From NCBI GenBank assembly GCA_965223325.1, contig CBDCWI010000001.1:768001-832000 (forward strand): 64,000 nt of DNA, written 5' to 3'. The notes beneath the pieces are model-generated. The model did no database searches and was not told where the DNA came from. It saw nothing but the letters and a program-made list of their open reading frames with translations. Source of the stretch: Candidatus Multivoradales bacterium. GTDB taxonomy: Bacteria; Acidobacteriota; Thermoanaerobaculia; Multivoradales; Multivoraceae. A program made the position numbers and the translations under genes. Shown piece after piece: positions 51,931-60,107 of this stretch. Position 1 is the stretch's first letter, and each line of letters starts with the position of its first letter.

Positions 51931-53001
51931 GTTGCGATGGTCGTGGTTGCGGCCTGCGGGTCGCGCTCCATCGTTTCTTGAGACCTTGGGGTTGGGGTTG
52001 CGATCGTGGCTTCGTCAGAATGGCGTTACCACGACCATCGCAACCGATCACTCTTGCGGGGCAAGCGGTCCGCCCGGCGGGCCGTCTTCCATGGCGGCCG
52101 CCTTGCAGTTGCGGCATAGGACTGCAAAGTTCCGGCGCGCCCCGCGGATTCGTGCCTCCGATGGAACGATGATCGTGAATGTTGCGGCCTGCGGGTCGCG
52201 CTCCATCGTTTCTTGAGACCTTGGGGTTGGGGTTGCGATCGTGGCTTCGTCAGAATGGCGTTACCACGACCATCGCAACCGATCACATTTGCGGGGCAAG
52301 CGGTCCGCCCGGCGGGCCGTCTTCCATGGCGGCCGCCTTGCAGTTGCGGCATAGGACTGCAAAGTTCCGGCGCGCCCCGCGGATTCGTGCCTCCGATGGA
52401 ACGATGATCGTGAATGCTGCGGCCTGCGGGTCGCGCTCCATCATTTCTTGAGACCTTGGGGTTGGGGTTGCGATCGTGGCTTCGTCAGAATGGCGTTACC
52501 ACGACCATCGCAACCGATCACTCTTGCGGGGCAAGCGGTCCGCCCGGCGGGCCGTCTTCCATGGCGGCCGCCTTGCAGTTGCGGCATAGGACTGCAAAGG
52601 GCCGGCGCGCCCCGCGGATTCGTGCCTCCGATGGAACGATGATCGTGAATGCTGCGGCCTGCGGGTCGCGCTCCATCGTTTCTTGAGACCTTGGGGTTGG
52701 GGTTGCGATCGTGGCTTCGTCAGAATGGCGTTACCACGACCATCGCAACCGATCACATTTGCGGGGCAAGCGGTCCGCCCGGCGGGCCGTCTTCCATGGC
52801 GGCCGCCTTGCAGTTGCGGCATAGGACTGCAAAGTTCCGGCGCGCCCCGCGGATTCGTGCCTCCGATGGAACGATGATCGTGAATGCTGCGGCCTGCGGG
52901 TCGCGCTCCATCGTTTCTTGAGACCTTGGGGTTGGGGTTGCGATCGTGGCTTCGTCAGAATGGCGTTACCACGACCATCGCAACCGATCACTTTTGCCGC
53001 G

Positions 53002-54911
53002 ATCGCGGTAGGAGCGCCGGTTGCCCGGCGCCCCCCGCACAGATCCCAGCGTGCACTGCTAATGCACTGGGCTCCTGCCTCAGGTATTGACGACAAGTCG
53101 CTCATCAGGCCAGGGATGTTGGACTCGGGCTTTGGGTAGGTAGTGGGCCACCAGGGCCCACATCCGTTTCCAGGACGTGCGGTCTTTGTCACTGCGTCGG
53201 CGCAGAGCGCGCATCCAGTGCCGAATGACCTCCTGTCGAAAGGCGTTCAACGCCGCTGAGTTGCCGGGTACGCCGTAGTAGGCATTGAAGCCTCGCACCA
53301 CGGATCCCAGCCAGAGACCTTGCTCTGGTAGCGGCGAGTGTCGGTGTCCCAGAAGGGCCGTACCGACAGCCTTCAGTGTCCTGCGGATTCGGTGGCGGCT
53401 CGTGATGCGCTTCAGCAAGAACCTCCCTCGACTAGACTGCGCACAGCAGTGCGTAAAGCCTAGAAACTCGAAGGTCTCCGGCCGCCCGAGACCTCGCGCG
53501 CGTCGGTTGTAGGCCGCAAAGCGGCCAAACTCCAGCAGGCGCGTCTTCTCGGGTTGGATCTCCAACGAGAAGTCACGGAGTCGCAGGTTCAGTTCCTCGA
53601 GGAATCGTTCTGCCTCCTCCTGCCTCTCAAATCCAACGATGAAGTCATCCGCGTAGCGCACGAAGATCATGTCCCCAAGCGCGTTGCGTTTCCTCCACTG
53701 CTGGACCCAGAGATCGAGCACGTAGTGCAGGTACACGTTCCCGAGGAGAGGCGAAATCGTCGCCCCCTGAGGAGTCCCCCGCGTGCTCGCGTGCCACTTA
53801 CCGTCTTCCATCACTCCGGACCTCAGCCATTTCTGGATGAGGCGAAGGATCCTACGGTCTCCGATACGGTGCTCGAGAAACTTCACCAGCCACTCGTGGT
53901 CCAGGGCATCGAAGAACCCACGAATGTCTGCGTCGAGCACCCAGTTCACCTTCCGCTTTGTGATTCCAACGAATAGCGCATCCAAAGCATCGTGCTGGCT
54001 GCGGCCTCGCCTGAATCCGTATGAGTACCCGAGAAAGTCTTCCTCGTAGATCGCATCCAACACCGAGACGACGGCGCGCTGAAGGATCTTGTCCTCCAAC
54101 GTGGCGATGCCAAGCGGTCGGAACCGCCCATCCGATTTCTCGATGTAGACGCGACGAGTCGCACTCGCCCGGTAGCTCCCACGGTGGACACGAGAGTGCA
54201 GGTCCTCGAGATTGCTCAGCAAAGATTCTGCGTACTCGCTCCATGACACTCCGTCCACTCCTGCCGCTGCGTCTCGGTGCAACACGTCAAATGCGCTCCG
54301 GAGTCGCTCGACCGTGATGTGGTGAAGAAGCGCTGTGAACTTCACTTCCTTGCCCCTGCGGGCGGCTTCTCGTACACGGCCCAGCGCATTGCTCGCACTC
54401 TCCATCCGGCTCTGTGTCCGGGGTGCGTTTTGCTTGCCCGTGTTCCCCTTGGCCAGGCCCCTTCCCTCCACCGCCTCCGCCGCTGGTCTCCCACCGTTGT
54501 TCGACGACTTCGCAGGTACTACGGGCCTGTCTGACTTCCGCCATCCGTGCGTCATCGGCTTACGGCCTCTAGCCTTCCCGATGCGGACCAGATACCCAAC
54601 TGGCCAGATCGCGGATCTCCCGGTTCTCGCGCATGGAGATTCCACACATGCACAGGGTCTACGACCGCGGGGAGTCGCCGCAGAGCTCGCGATAGCGCGC
54701 TACGGAGTCTCGCCTTCCGCTTCGCTTGACAGCGTCGGCACTCCCAAATTCTTATTTCGCGGCTCAATACCCGGCCTGTGTGTGCCCCTGTCAACGCTTC
54801 ACCGCACCCTCGCGGGAGCCGGCGCATGACTCGGGGACCCTCTGGGTCGCTACCCCTTCGAGGGTGGGACTCTCTCATTCCTTTCTCCATGCCGGTTTAT
54901 CCCGGCGTATC
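53002..54911 (-). mobile_element. Group II intron, 1910 bp, probably bacterial class E
   Basis: Domain V GAGCCCAGTGCATTAGCAGTGCACGCTGGGATC (53074-53042); domain VI hairpin with bulged A ending CTACCGCGAT; EBS1 stem-loop GCCGACGCTGTCAAGCGAAGCGGAAGGC; removal restores a full-length repeat unit with no target duplication. Class assignment is inference. Confidence 0.92.
53080..54405 (-). CDS. ltrA: Group II intron reverse transcriptase/maturase (no endonuclease domain)
   Basis: KFTALLHH, AAGVDG, RPLGIATLEDK, SYGFR, DADIRGFFD, GTPQGATISPLLGN, RYADD, FLGFTH; X domain ending HPWP. Confidence 0.95.
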   Translation of the reverse strand: MESASNALGRVREAARRGKEVKFTALLHHITVERLRSAFDVLHRDAAAGVDGVSWSEYAESLLSNLEDLHSRVHRGSYRASATRRVYIEKSDGRFRPLGIATLEDKILQRAVVSVLDAIYEEDFLGYSYGFRRGRSQHDALDALFVGITKRKVNWVLDADIRGFFDALDHEWLVKFLEHRIGDRRILRLIQKWLRSGVMEDGKWHASTRGTPQGATISPLLGNVYLHYVLDLWVQQWRKRNALGDMIFVRYADDFIVGFERQEEAERFLEELNLRLRDFSLEIQPEKTRLLEFGRFAAYNRRARGLGRPETFEFLGFTHCCAQSSRGRFLLKRITSRHRIRRTLKAVGTALLGHRHSPLPEQGLWLGSVVRGFNAYYGVPGNSAALNAFRQEVIRHWMRALRRRSDKDRTSWKRMWALVAHYLPKARVQHPWPDERLVVNT

Positions 54912-55246
54912 CAAGCGGTCCGCCCGGCGGGCCGTCTTCCATGGCGGCCGCCTTGCAGTTGCGGCATAGGACTGCAAAGTTCCGGCGCGCCCCGCGGATT
55001 CGTGCCTCCGATGGAACGATGATCGTGAATGGTGCGGCCTGCGGGTCGCGCTTCAACATTTGGTAGCGTTCACGGTTGGCACCCTACCGAAGCCAGGTCG
55101 AAACCCCTCAACCCGACGTCAGTACCAAACCCGAGAGTGGCAACCCAGAGGCCAATCGATAGACGGCTTCAGAACTCCACTCCAACACGTCCTACCAAAC
55201 GCTGGAGCGCGACCCGGCCGATCCGCCGATCTGAAGAAGAGCGCTC

Positions 55247-56173
55247 CATCGAGGCACGAATCCGCGGGGCGCGCCGGAACTAGGCAGTCCAAAACCGCAA
55301 CTGCAGGGCGGCCGCCATGGAACACGGCACGCGCTACGGACCGCTTGCCCCGCAAAGGTGACCAGTAGCGATGGTCGTGGTAACGACCCGACGCCGAAGC
55401 CACATCGCAACCCCAACTCCAACGTCCTACCAAACGTTGAAGCGCGACCCACAAGCCGCTACCACGATCATCGCTACATCGGAGGCACGAATCCGCGGGG
55501 CGCGACGGAACTAGGCAGTCCAAAACCGCAACTGCAGGGCGGCCGCCATGGAACACGGCACGCGCTACGAACCGCTTGCCCCGCAAAGGTGACCAGTAGC
55601 GATGGTCGTGGTAACGACCCGACGCCGAAGCCACATCGCAACCCCAACTCCAACGTCCTACCAAACGTTGAAGCGCGACCCACAAGCCGCTACCACGGTC
55701 ATCGCTACATCGGAGGCACGAATCCGCGGGGCGCGACGGAACTAGGCAGTCCAAAACCGCAACTGCAGGGCGGCCGCCATGGAACACGGCACGCGCTACG
55801 GACCGCTTGCCCCGCAAAGGTGACCAGTAGCGATGGTCGTGGTAACGACCCGACGCCGAAGCCACATCGCAACCCCAACTCCAACGTCCTACCAAACGTT
55901 GAAGCGCGACCCACAGGCCGCTACCATGGTCATCGCTACATCGGAGGCACGAATCCGCGGGGCGCGACGGAACTAGGCAGTCCAAAACCGCAACTGCAGG
56001 GCGGCCGCCATGGAACACGGCACGCGCTACGGACCGCTTGCCCCGCAAAGGTGACCAGTAGCGATGGTCGTGGTAACGACCCGACGCCGAAGCCACATCG
56101 CAACCCCAACTCCAACGTCCTACCAAACGTTGAAGCGCGACCCACAGGCCGCAACAACCACGACCATCGCTAC
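55247..56173 (+). repeat. Tandem array C: four 231-bp units, inverted relative to array B
   Basis: GAGGCACGAATCC recurs at 55251, 55482, 55713 and 55944; degenerate partial units in 55060-55246. Confidence 0.96.
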
Positions 56174-57591
56174 ACCGGCCAGTCAGGGTGCCAGGGCTTG
56201 CTGCGCTCGAAAGCCATCGATGCCTGCAGCACCAGATCCTCGCGATGCCGTGGCCCGACGATCTGCAAACCAACCGGCAGACCCACATCCGAGAGTCCTG
56301 CCCGCACCGAGGCCGCCGGGTGCCACGAGAGGTTGAACGGGATCGTGAACACCGCGACTCCGGCTGGAGGTTGCACGCGACCCTCGGTCTCCTTCGGAAA
56401 CGGTCCGCCGGCGGGCGGCGGATCGTACGGCACCGTTGGCGTGAGCAAGAGATCGAAGCGCTCGAAGACCTCGGCTGTCCATTCGACGACTCGAGCGCGC
56501 GCGCGGGCAGCGGCACCCCAGCGCTCGGGCGTCATATCCCAGGCGGTCTTCAGACCGCGGGCAAACGCCCGGGTAATGTCGTCGGGCCGCTCTTCGAGCG
56601 CCTCGTGAAGCTGCGCGGCGATCTCGAAGTTGCCCAGCGATCCCCAGGCCTCGCCCAGCGCGGGCGGACCGCCTTCGATTCTTTTGACGTCGTGACCAAG
56701 AGCCTCGAAGGCACCAACCGCCTCTTCGACGACCCGCGCCACGTCACTCTGCACTACGCCCACGCCGAGGTCGGGCGCGAAGGCGATGTGCAACCGGCGG
56801 TCGAACGGTTGGCGGACCAGGTCGAGGTAAGAAAACTCGGGGTGTGGCAGTGAGGCAGGATCACCGAGCGACGTCCCCACAACCTGGTCGAGCACCAGCG
56901 CCGCATCTTCCACCGTGCGGGTCAACGGGCCGTAGACCGCAGTCGCCCCGTAGTCCCAGGCGGAAAGTGGATCACGCGGCACGCGACCGTACGACGGCTT
57001 GAGGCCGTAGGCGCCGGTGAAGCTCGCCGGAATGCGAATGGAGCCGCCGCCGTCGCTTGCGGTCACCAGGGGAATGACTCCGCCGGCGAGAACCGCTGCC
57101 GAGCCACCCGAAGAACCACCGGGGGTGCGCTCCGGGTCCCAGGGAGAAGACGTCGTTCCGAACGGCAGGTTCTTGCTGATGGCCGTGAAGCCGAACTCAG
57201 GCGTATTGGTCTTCGCCACCACGATCGCGCCCGCCGCTTTCAGGCGCGCCACCTGCGTCGAGTCGCGCTCGGCCACCTTGCCCTCGAAGAGTTTCGAGCC
57301 CATCGAAGTCGGCATCTCCCGAACATCCTCGAGATCCTTGACCCCGAGCGGGATACCCTCGAGCGCACCACCCTCACCGCGGGCAATGCGCTCCTCGCTG
57401 CGACGAGCATCGAGCATGCACAGCTCCGGATCGCGGCCGACCGTCACGGCGTTCAAGGTGCCCCGGGTCGCCTCGATGCGCGCCAGCACCACTTCCATGA
57501 GCTCGACCGGCGACAGGTCCTTGCGATGGATCCGCTGGGTCAGCTCAACCAGGCTCAGTGTAAAGACTTCGTGCACAGCGCTCCCTCCCAT
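56170..57591 (-). CDS. Amidase signature family protein
   Basis: GIPLGVKD, KTNTPEFG, TPGGSSGGSAA, SDGGGSIRIPASFTG, GLPVGLQIVG. Confidence 0.93.
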   Translation of the reverse strand: MGGSAVHEVFTLSLVELTQRIHRKDLSPVELMEVVLARIEATRGTLNAVTVGRDPELCMLDARRSEERIARGEGGALEGIPLGVKDLEDVREMPTSMGSKLFEGKVAERDSTQVARLKAAGAIVVAKTNTPEFGFTAISKNLPFGTTSSPWDPERTPGGSSGGSAAVLAGGVIPLVTASDGGGSIRIPASFTGAYGLKPSYGRVPRDPLSAWDYGATAVYGPLTRTVEDAALVLDQVVGTSLGDPASLPHPEFSYLDLVRQPFDRRLHIAFAPDLGVGVVQSDVARVVEEAVGAFEALGHDVKRIEGGPPALGEAWGSLGNFEIAAQLHEALEERPDDITRAFARGLKTAWDMTPERWGAAARARARVVEWTAEVFERFDLLLTPTVPYDPPPAGGPFPKETEGRVQPPAGVAVFTIPFNLSWHPAASVRAGLSDVGLPVGLQIVGPRHREDLVLQASMAFERSKPWHPDWPV

Positions 57592-57620
57592 GGTGTGAGC
57601 CTAGCAGCCCCACCGATCGG

Positions 57621-57650
57621 AAAAAGGCCGACTCCTGACGGAGTCGGCCT
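57621..57650 (-). terminator. Rho-independent terminator after the PDZ gene
   Basis: Minus strand AGGCCGACTCC-GTCA-GGAGTCGGCCT followed by a T run. Confidence 0.8.
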
Positions 57651-57683
57651 GGGAATCGGCTCACGCCGGAATGGGCTCGAAAC

Positions 57684-58634
57684 TCAGTCGAAACCCAGTG
57701 CCTGGCACTCGACACTCTCACCGTTCACCAAGCAGTCGCAGGCGCCGTCGTCCTCGCACTGGACCTGGATCTCACACTCGCCACCGTCACCGCAAAACTC
57801 ACTGGTGTCGTGGATGCCGATGACCGATGCACCGCAGTCGGCGTCGTCGCCATCACATTCGACCTTGATCCGCTTGACCATTTTCTGCATGTGGCCCGCG
57901 ACCTCCTGCTCGGGACGCTCGGCGAGCGTCGCCGCGAAGCTCTCGACGCCACCGTCGCGGTAGGCCTGGACCGCAACCGTTTCACCTGTGTCGCGGCCGG
58001 CAATGAGACCCATCAGCGACGAAGACGAAGTCACCGCCTCGCCATCGACTTGCGTCAAGACATCACCTACCTGCAGGCCAGCAGTCTCAGCCGGGCTACC
58101 GGCCACAACCTTCGAAATCAGAACGCCCTCACCCTCCGGTACCCCGAAGTGCGCCCGCAACTCCGGCGTGAGATCGGTCATCGCAACACCGAGAAACGGA
58201 CCGTCGTGGCTGCCATGAATGAAGCGGAAGCCATGCTCCCCGGCCTCTGGGTCCTTCGAGACCCAGACGTGCATGTCGTCGTCACCGTCGCCACTGCCCA
58301 GCACCTGGACATGACCGTCTTCGGAAACAAAGACCTTGCGGTGCAGCTCGCCATCGCCATGACCGAAGACCTGGGTCTCACCGTCTTTCGAAACGAAGAT
58401 CTTCCGATGAACGGTGCCATCGCCCTCGTCGTCGCCCCCAAAGACCTGCACCTTGCCGTCCTCAGAGACAAACACCTGGCGAACCTCCCCGCCGTCACCC
58501 TCGCCCGAGTGAACCTTGACAACCACCTTCTTCTCTTCCGGTTCCTCGGCCAGAGCCGGGGCAAAGAAAGCCAGGGCTCCAGCCGCCAGCACAACGGCGG
58601 CACCTGCAACAAACCTCATCGAAATGCGCTTCAT
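57684..58634 (-). CDS. Secreted PDZ domain protein with N-terminal short repeats and Cys-rich tail
   Basis: Signal peptide; PFLGVAM...GVLISKVVAGSPAETAGLQVGDVLTQVDG; no protease domain. Confidence 0.85.
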   Translation of the reverse strand: MKRISMRFVAGAAVVLAAGALAFFAPALAEEPEEKKVVVKVHSGEGDGGEVRQVFVSEDGKVQVFGGDDEGDGTVHRKIFVSKDGETQVFGHGDGELHRKVFVSEDGHVQVLGSGDGDDDMHVWVSKDPEAGEHGFRFIHGSHDGPFLGVAMTDLTPELRAHFGVPEGEGVLISKVVAGSPAETAGLQVGDVLTQVDGEAVTSSSSLMGLIAGRDTGETVAVQAYRDGGVESFAATLAERPEQEVAGHMQKMVKRIKVECDGDDADCGASVIGIHDTSEFCGDGGECEIQVQCEDDGACDCLVNGESVECQALGFD

Positions 58635-58847
58635 GTGACCTGATTCTCCTGTGAACAAGTGGGCCCGAGCGAGTGTGCCCAGACGTGCAATCGGAACGAT
58701 TCTGCCAAAGCGGGCCTCCTTAGCCAAAAGCCCCATTCCTCGCTCCCTCTAGAGAAGAACCCACGAACCCGAGAACGGTTCCCATCGGGCAGCAAGAACC
58801 CACGATCGCACGAGTTTCCAAGGGAGACGCCTTCTCTGAGTGCGTCT

Positions 58848-59918
58848 TCAAGTGCGGAGCAGCACTGCCCCCCAGTGCAAGCCGGCGCCCAGGGCCGTAA
58901 ACGCCACCAGATCACCCGTCCCGACCTTGCCAGCAGAGCGGGCATGGAAGAAGGTCAATGGCAATGTCGCAGAGGTCGTGTTGCCGTACCGCTGAATCAC
59001 GTTGTGAACTCGGTCGTCAGGAAGCCCCAGGGCCTTCTGAGCCGCCTCGTTGATGCGCAGATTCGCCTGGTGCATCACCAGAAGCCGCACATCGGAAAGC
59101 TCGAAGCCCTCTCGCTCCAGCAGACTCCTGGTCACCGCCGGCATCCTGGTGACCGCCAACTTGAACGTCTTACGCCCATCCATGACCGGAACCCAGCCGC
59201 CGTCATCGAGCATCTCATGCGACACCATCGGGCGCGACCGCGAGCCAACACCCGGCACGTGCAGCGTGTCCCAGTTCTCGCCCTCGCCATAGATCTCGCT
59301 TCCCACAATGCCGCGCCCATCATCGCCCTCGTGGGCTCGGAAGACCATCGCACCGGCCGCGTCACCAAACAACACCAGCAAATGACGGAAGCGGTTGTTC
59401 CACTCGATGGCCTCTGGGCTGAGACGGCTGTCGTCATCGCCGTGAATGACATCGAAGGTGCGGTCGTCAAAGGGCATCAGACTGGTGTGCACATCGGTTC
59501 CCACCAGCAGCACCGTGCGCGCGATTCCACTCCGAATCAGCGCATCGACCGTTTGTAGGCCATAGGCAAAACCGGCGCACTGCTGTCGCAGGTCGAGCGC
59601 CGGCCGCGGCGGAATCCCCAAACCATGTTGGATGATCGTGCCAGTGCCCGGGAAGTAGTGATCCGGCGTCATCGTCGCGCAGACCACATAGTCGATCTCC
59701 TCGGCCTCGATCCCGGCATCGGCGATCGCACCCTTCGCCGCCTCGATCCCCAGGTCCGAGGACGCAACGCCCGGCTCGACAAAGTAGCGCTGCTCAATGC
59801 CCGTGCGCTCACGAATCCACTGGTCGTCGGTATCCATCACCCGGCCCAGACGATCGTTCTCGACACAGCGCGACCCACGCGCGATCCCACAGCCCAGCAA
59901 CAGTGCCCGCTTTTTCAT
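58848..59918 (-). CDS. 3-oxoacyl-ACP synthase III (FabH-like) family protein
   Basis: True start at 59918 (MKKRALL); DTDDQWIRERTGIEQR, QQCAGF, LFGDAAGA, HQANLRI, YGNT, GAGLHWG. Confidence 0.92.
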   Translation of the reverse strand: MKKRALLLGCGIARGSRCVENDRLGRVMDTDDQWIRERTGIEQRYFVEPGVASSDLGIEAAKGAIADAGIEAEEIDYVVCATMTPDHYFPGTGTIIQHGLGIPPRPALDLRQQCAGFAYGLQTVDALIRSGIARTVLLVGTDVHTSLMPFDDRTFDVIHGDDDSRLSPEAIEWNNRFRHLLVLFGDAAGAMVFRAHEGDDGRGIVGSEIYGEGENWDTLHVPGVGSRSRPMVSHEMLDDGGWVPVMDGRKTFKLAVTRMPAVTRSLLEREGFELSDVRLLVMHQANLRINEAAQKALGLPDDRVHNVIQRYGNTTSATLPLTFFHARSAGKVGTGDLVAFTALGAGLHWGAVLLRT

Positions 59919-60107
59919 TTGAAGGTCTCCTCGAACGAACTTCCCACCGGAAACAGTGAGTGGATCATAGCCGCCCGACTCTAGACTCTCGTTCGAACCG
60001 AAAGACCGCGCACCTGACCAACCCCTCCGATTTCTCGACCGGCCGTCCGGTAGGTTAGAATCGTCGACCCACCCCCCGAAACCGAGTCCACGAGGAGCGC
60101 CCATCTC

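Larger units (their letters stand above)
51931..55052 (-). repeat. Tandem array B: five 235-bp units plus flanking partials; fifth unit split by the group II intron
   Basis: Units start at 51946, 52181, 52416, 52651 and 52886; the phase resumes at 54912 and the next unit starts at 55031 (52886+235+1910). Reverse-complement homolog of arrays A and C. Confidence 0.96.

Noticed and set aside
51960-52025. Hammerhead-like CTGACGA...GAAAC on the minus strand of array B units
   Set aside because: No stem II closes between the motifs, and they are absent from arrays A and C.
53080-54645. RT as a retron, DGR or defence RT, and the 521-aa start at 54645
   Set aside because: Domains V and VI, the maturase domain and precise insertion identify a group II intron. 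The first 80 codons are intron RNA structure.
55255-55310. Cobalamin-riboswitch-like words AATCCG and CCGCAACTG in the unit core
   Set aside because: Spacing is wrong, the GGGAA and B12-box elements are missing, and the units are not in 5' leaders.
51931-56173. Integron attC cassette array
   Set aside because: No gene cassettes between units, no consistent RYYYAAC/GTTRRRY boxes, units too long and no integrase.
55119-56608. Long repeat-protein ORFs (416 aa plus, 465 aa minus) and the repeated short ORFs in arrays A and B
   Set aside because: They are open because 231 is divisible by 3 in GC-rich DNA. Homologous arrays have 235 and 260 bp periods, and conservation follows base pairing rather than codons.
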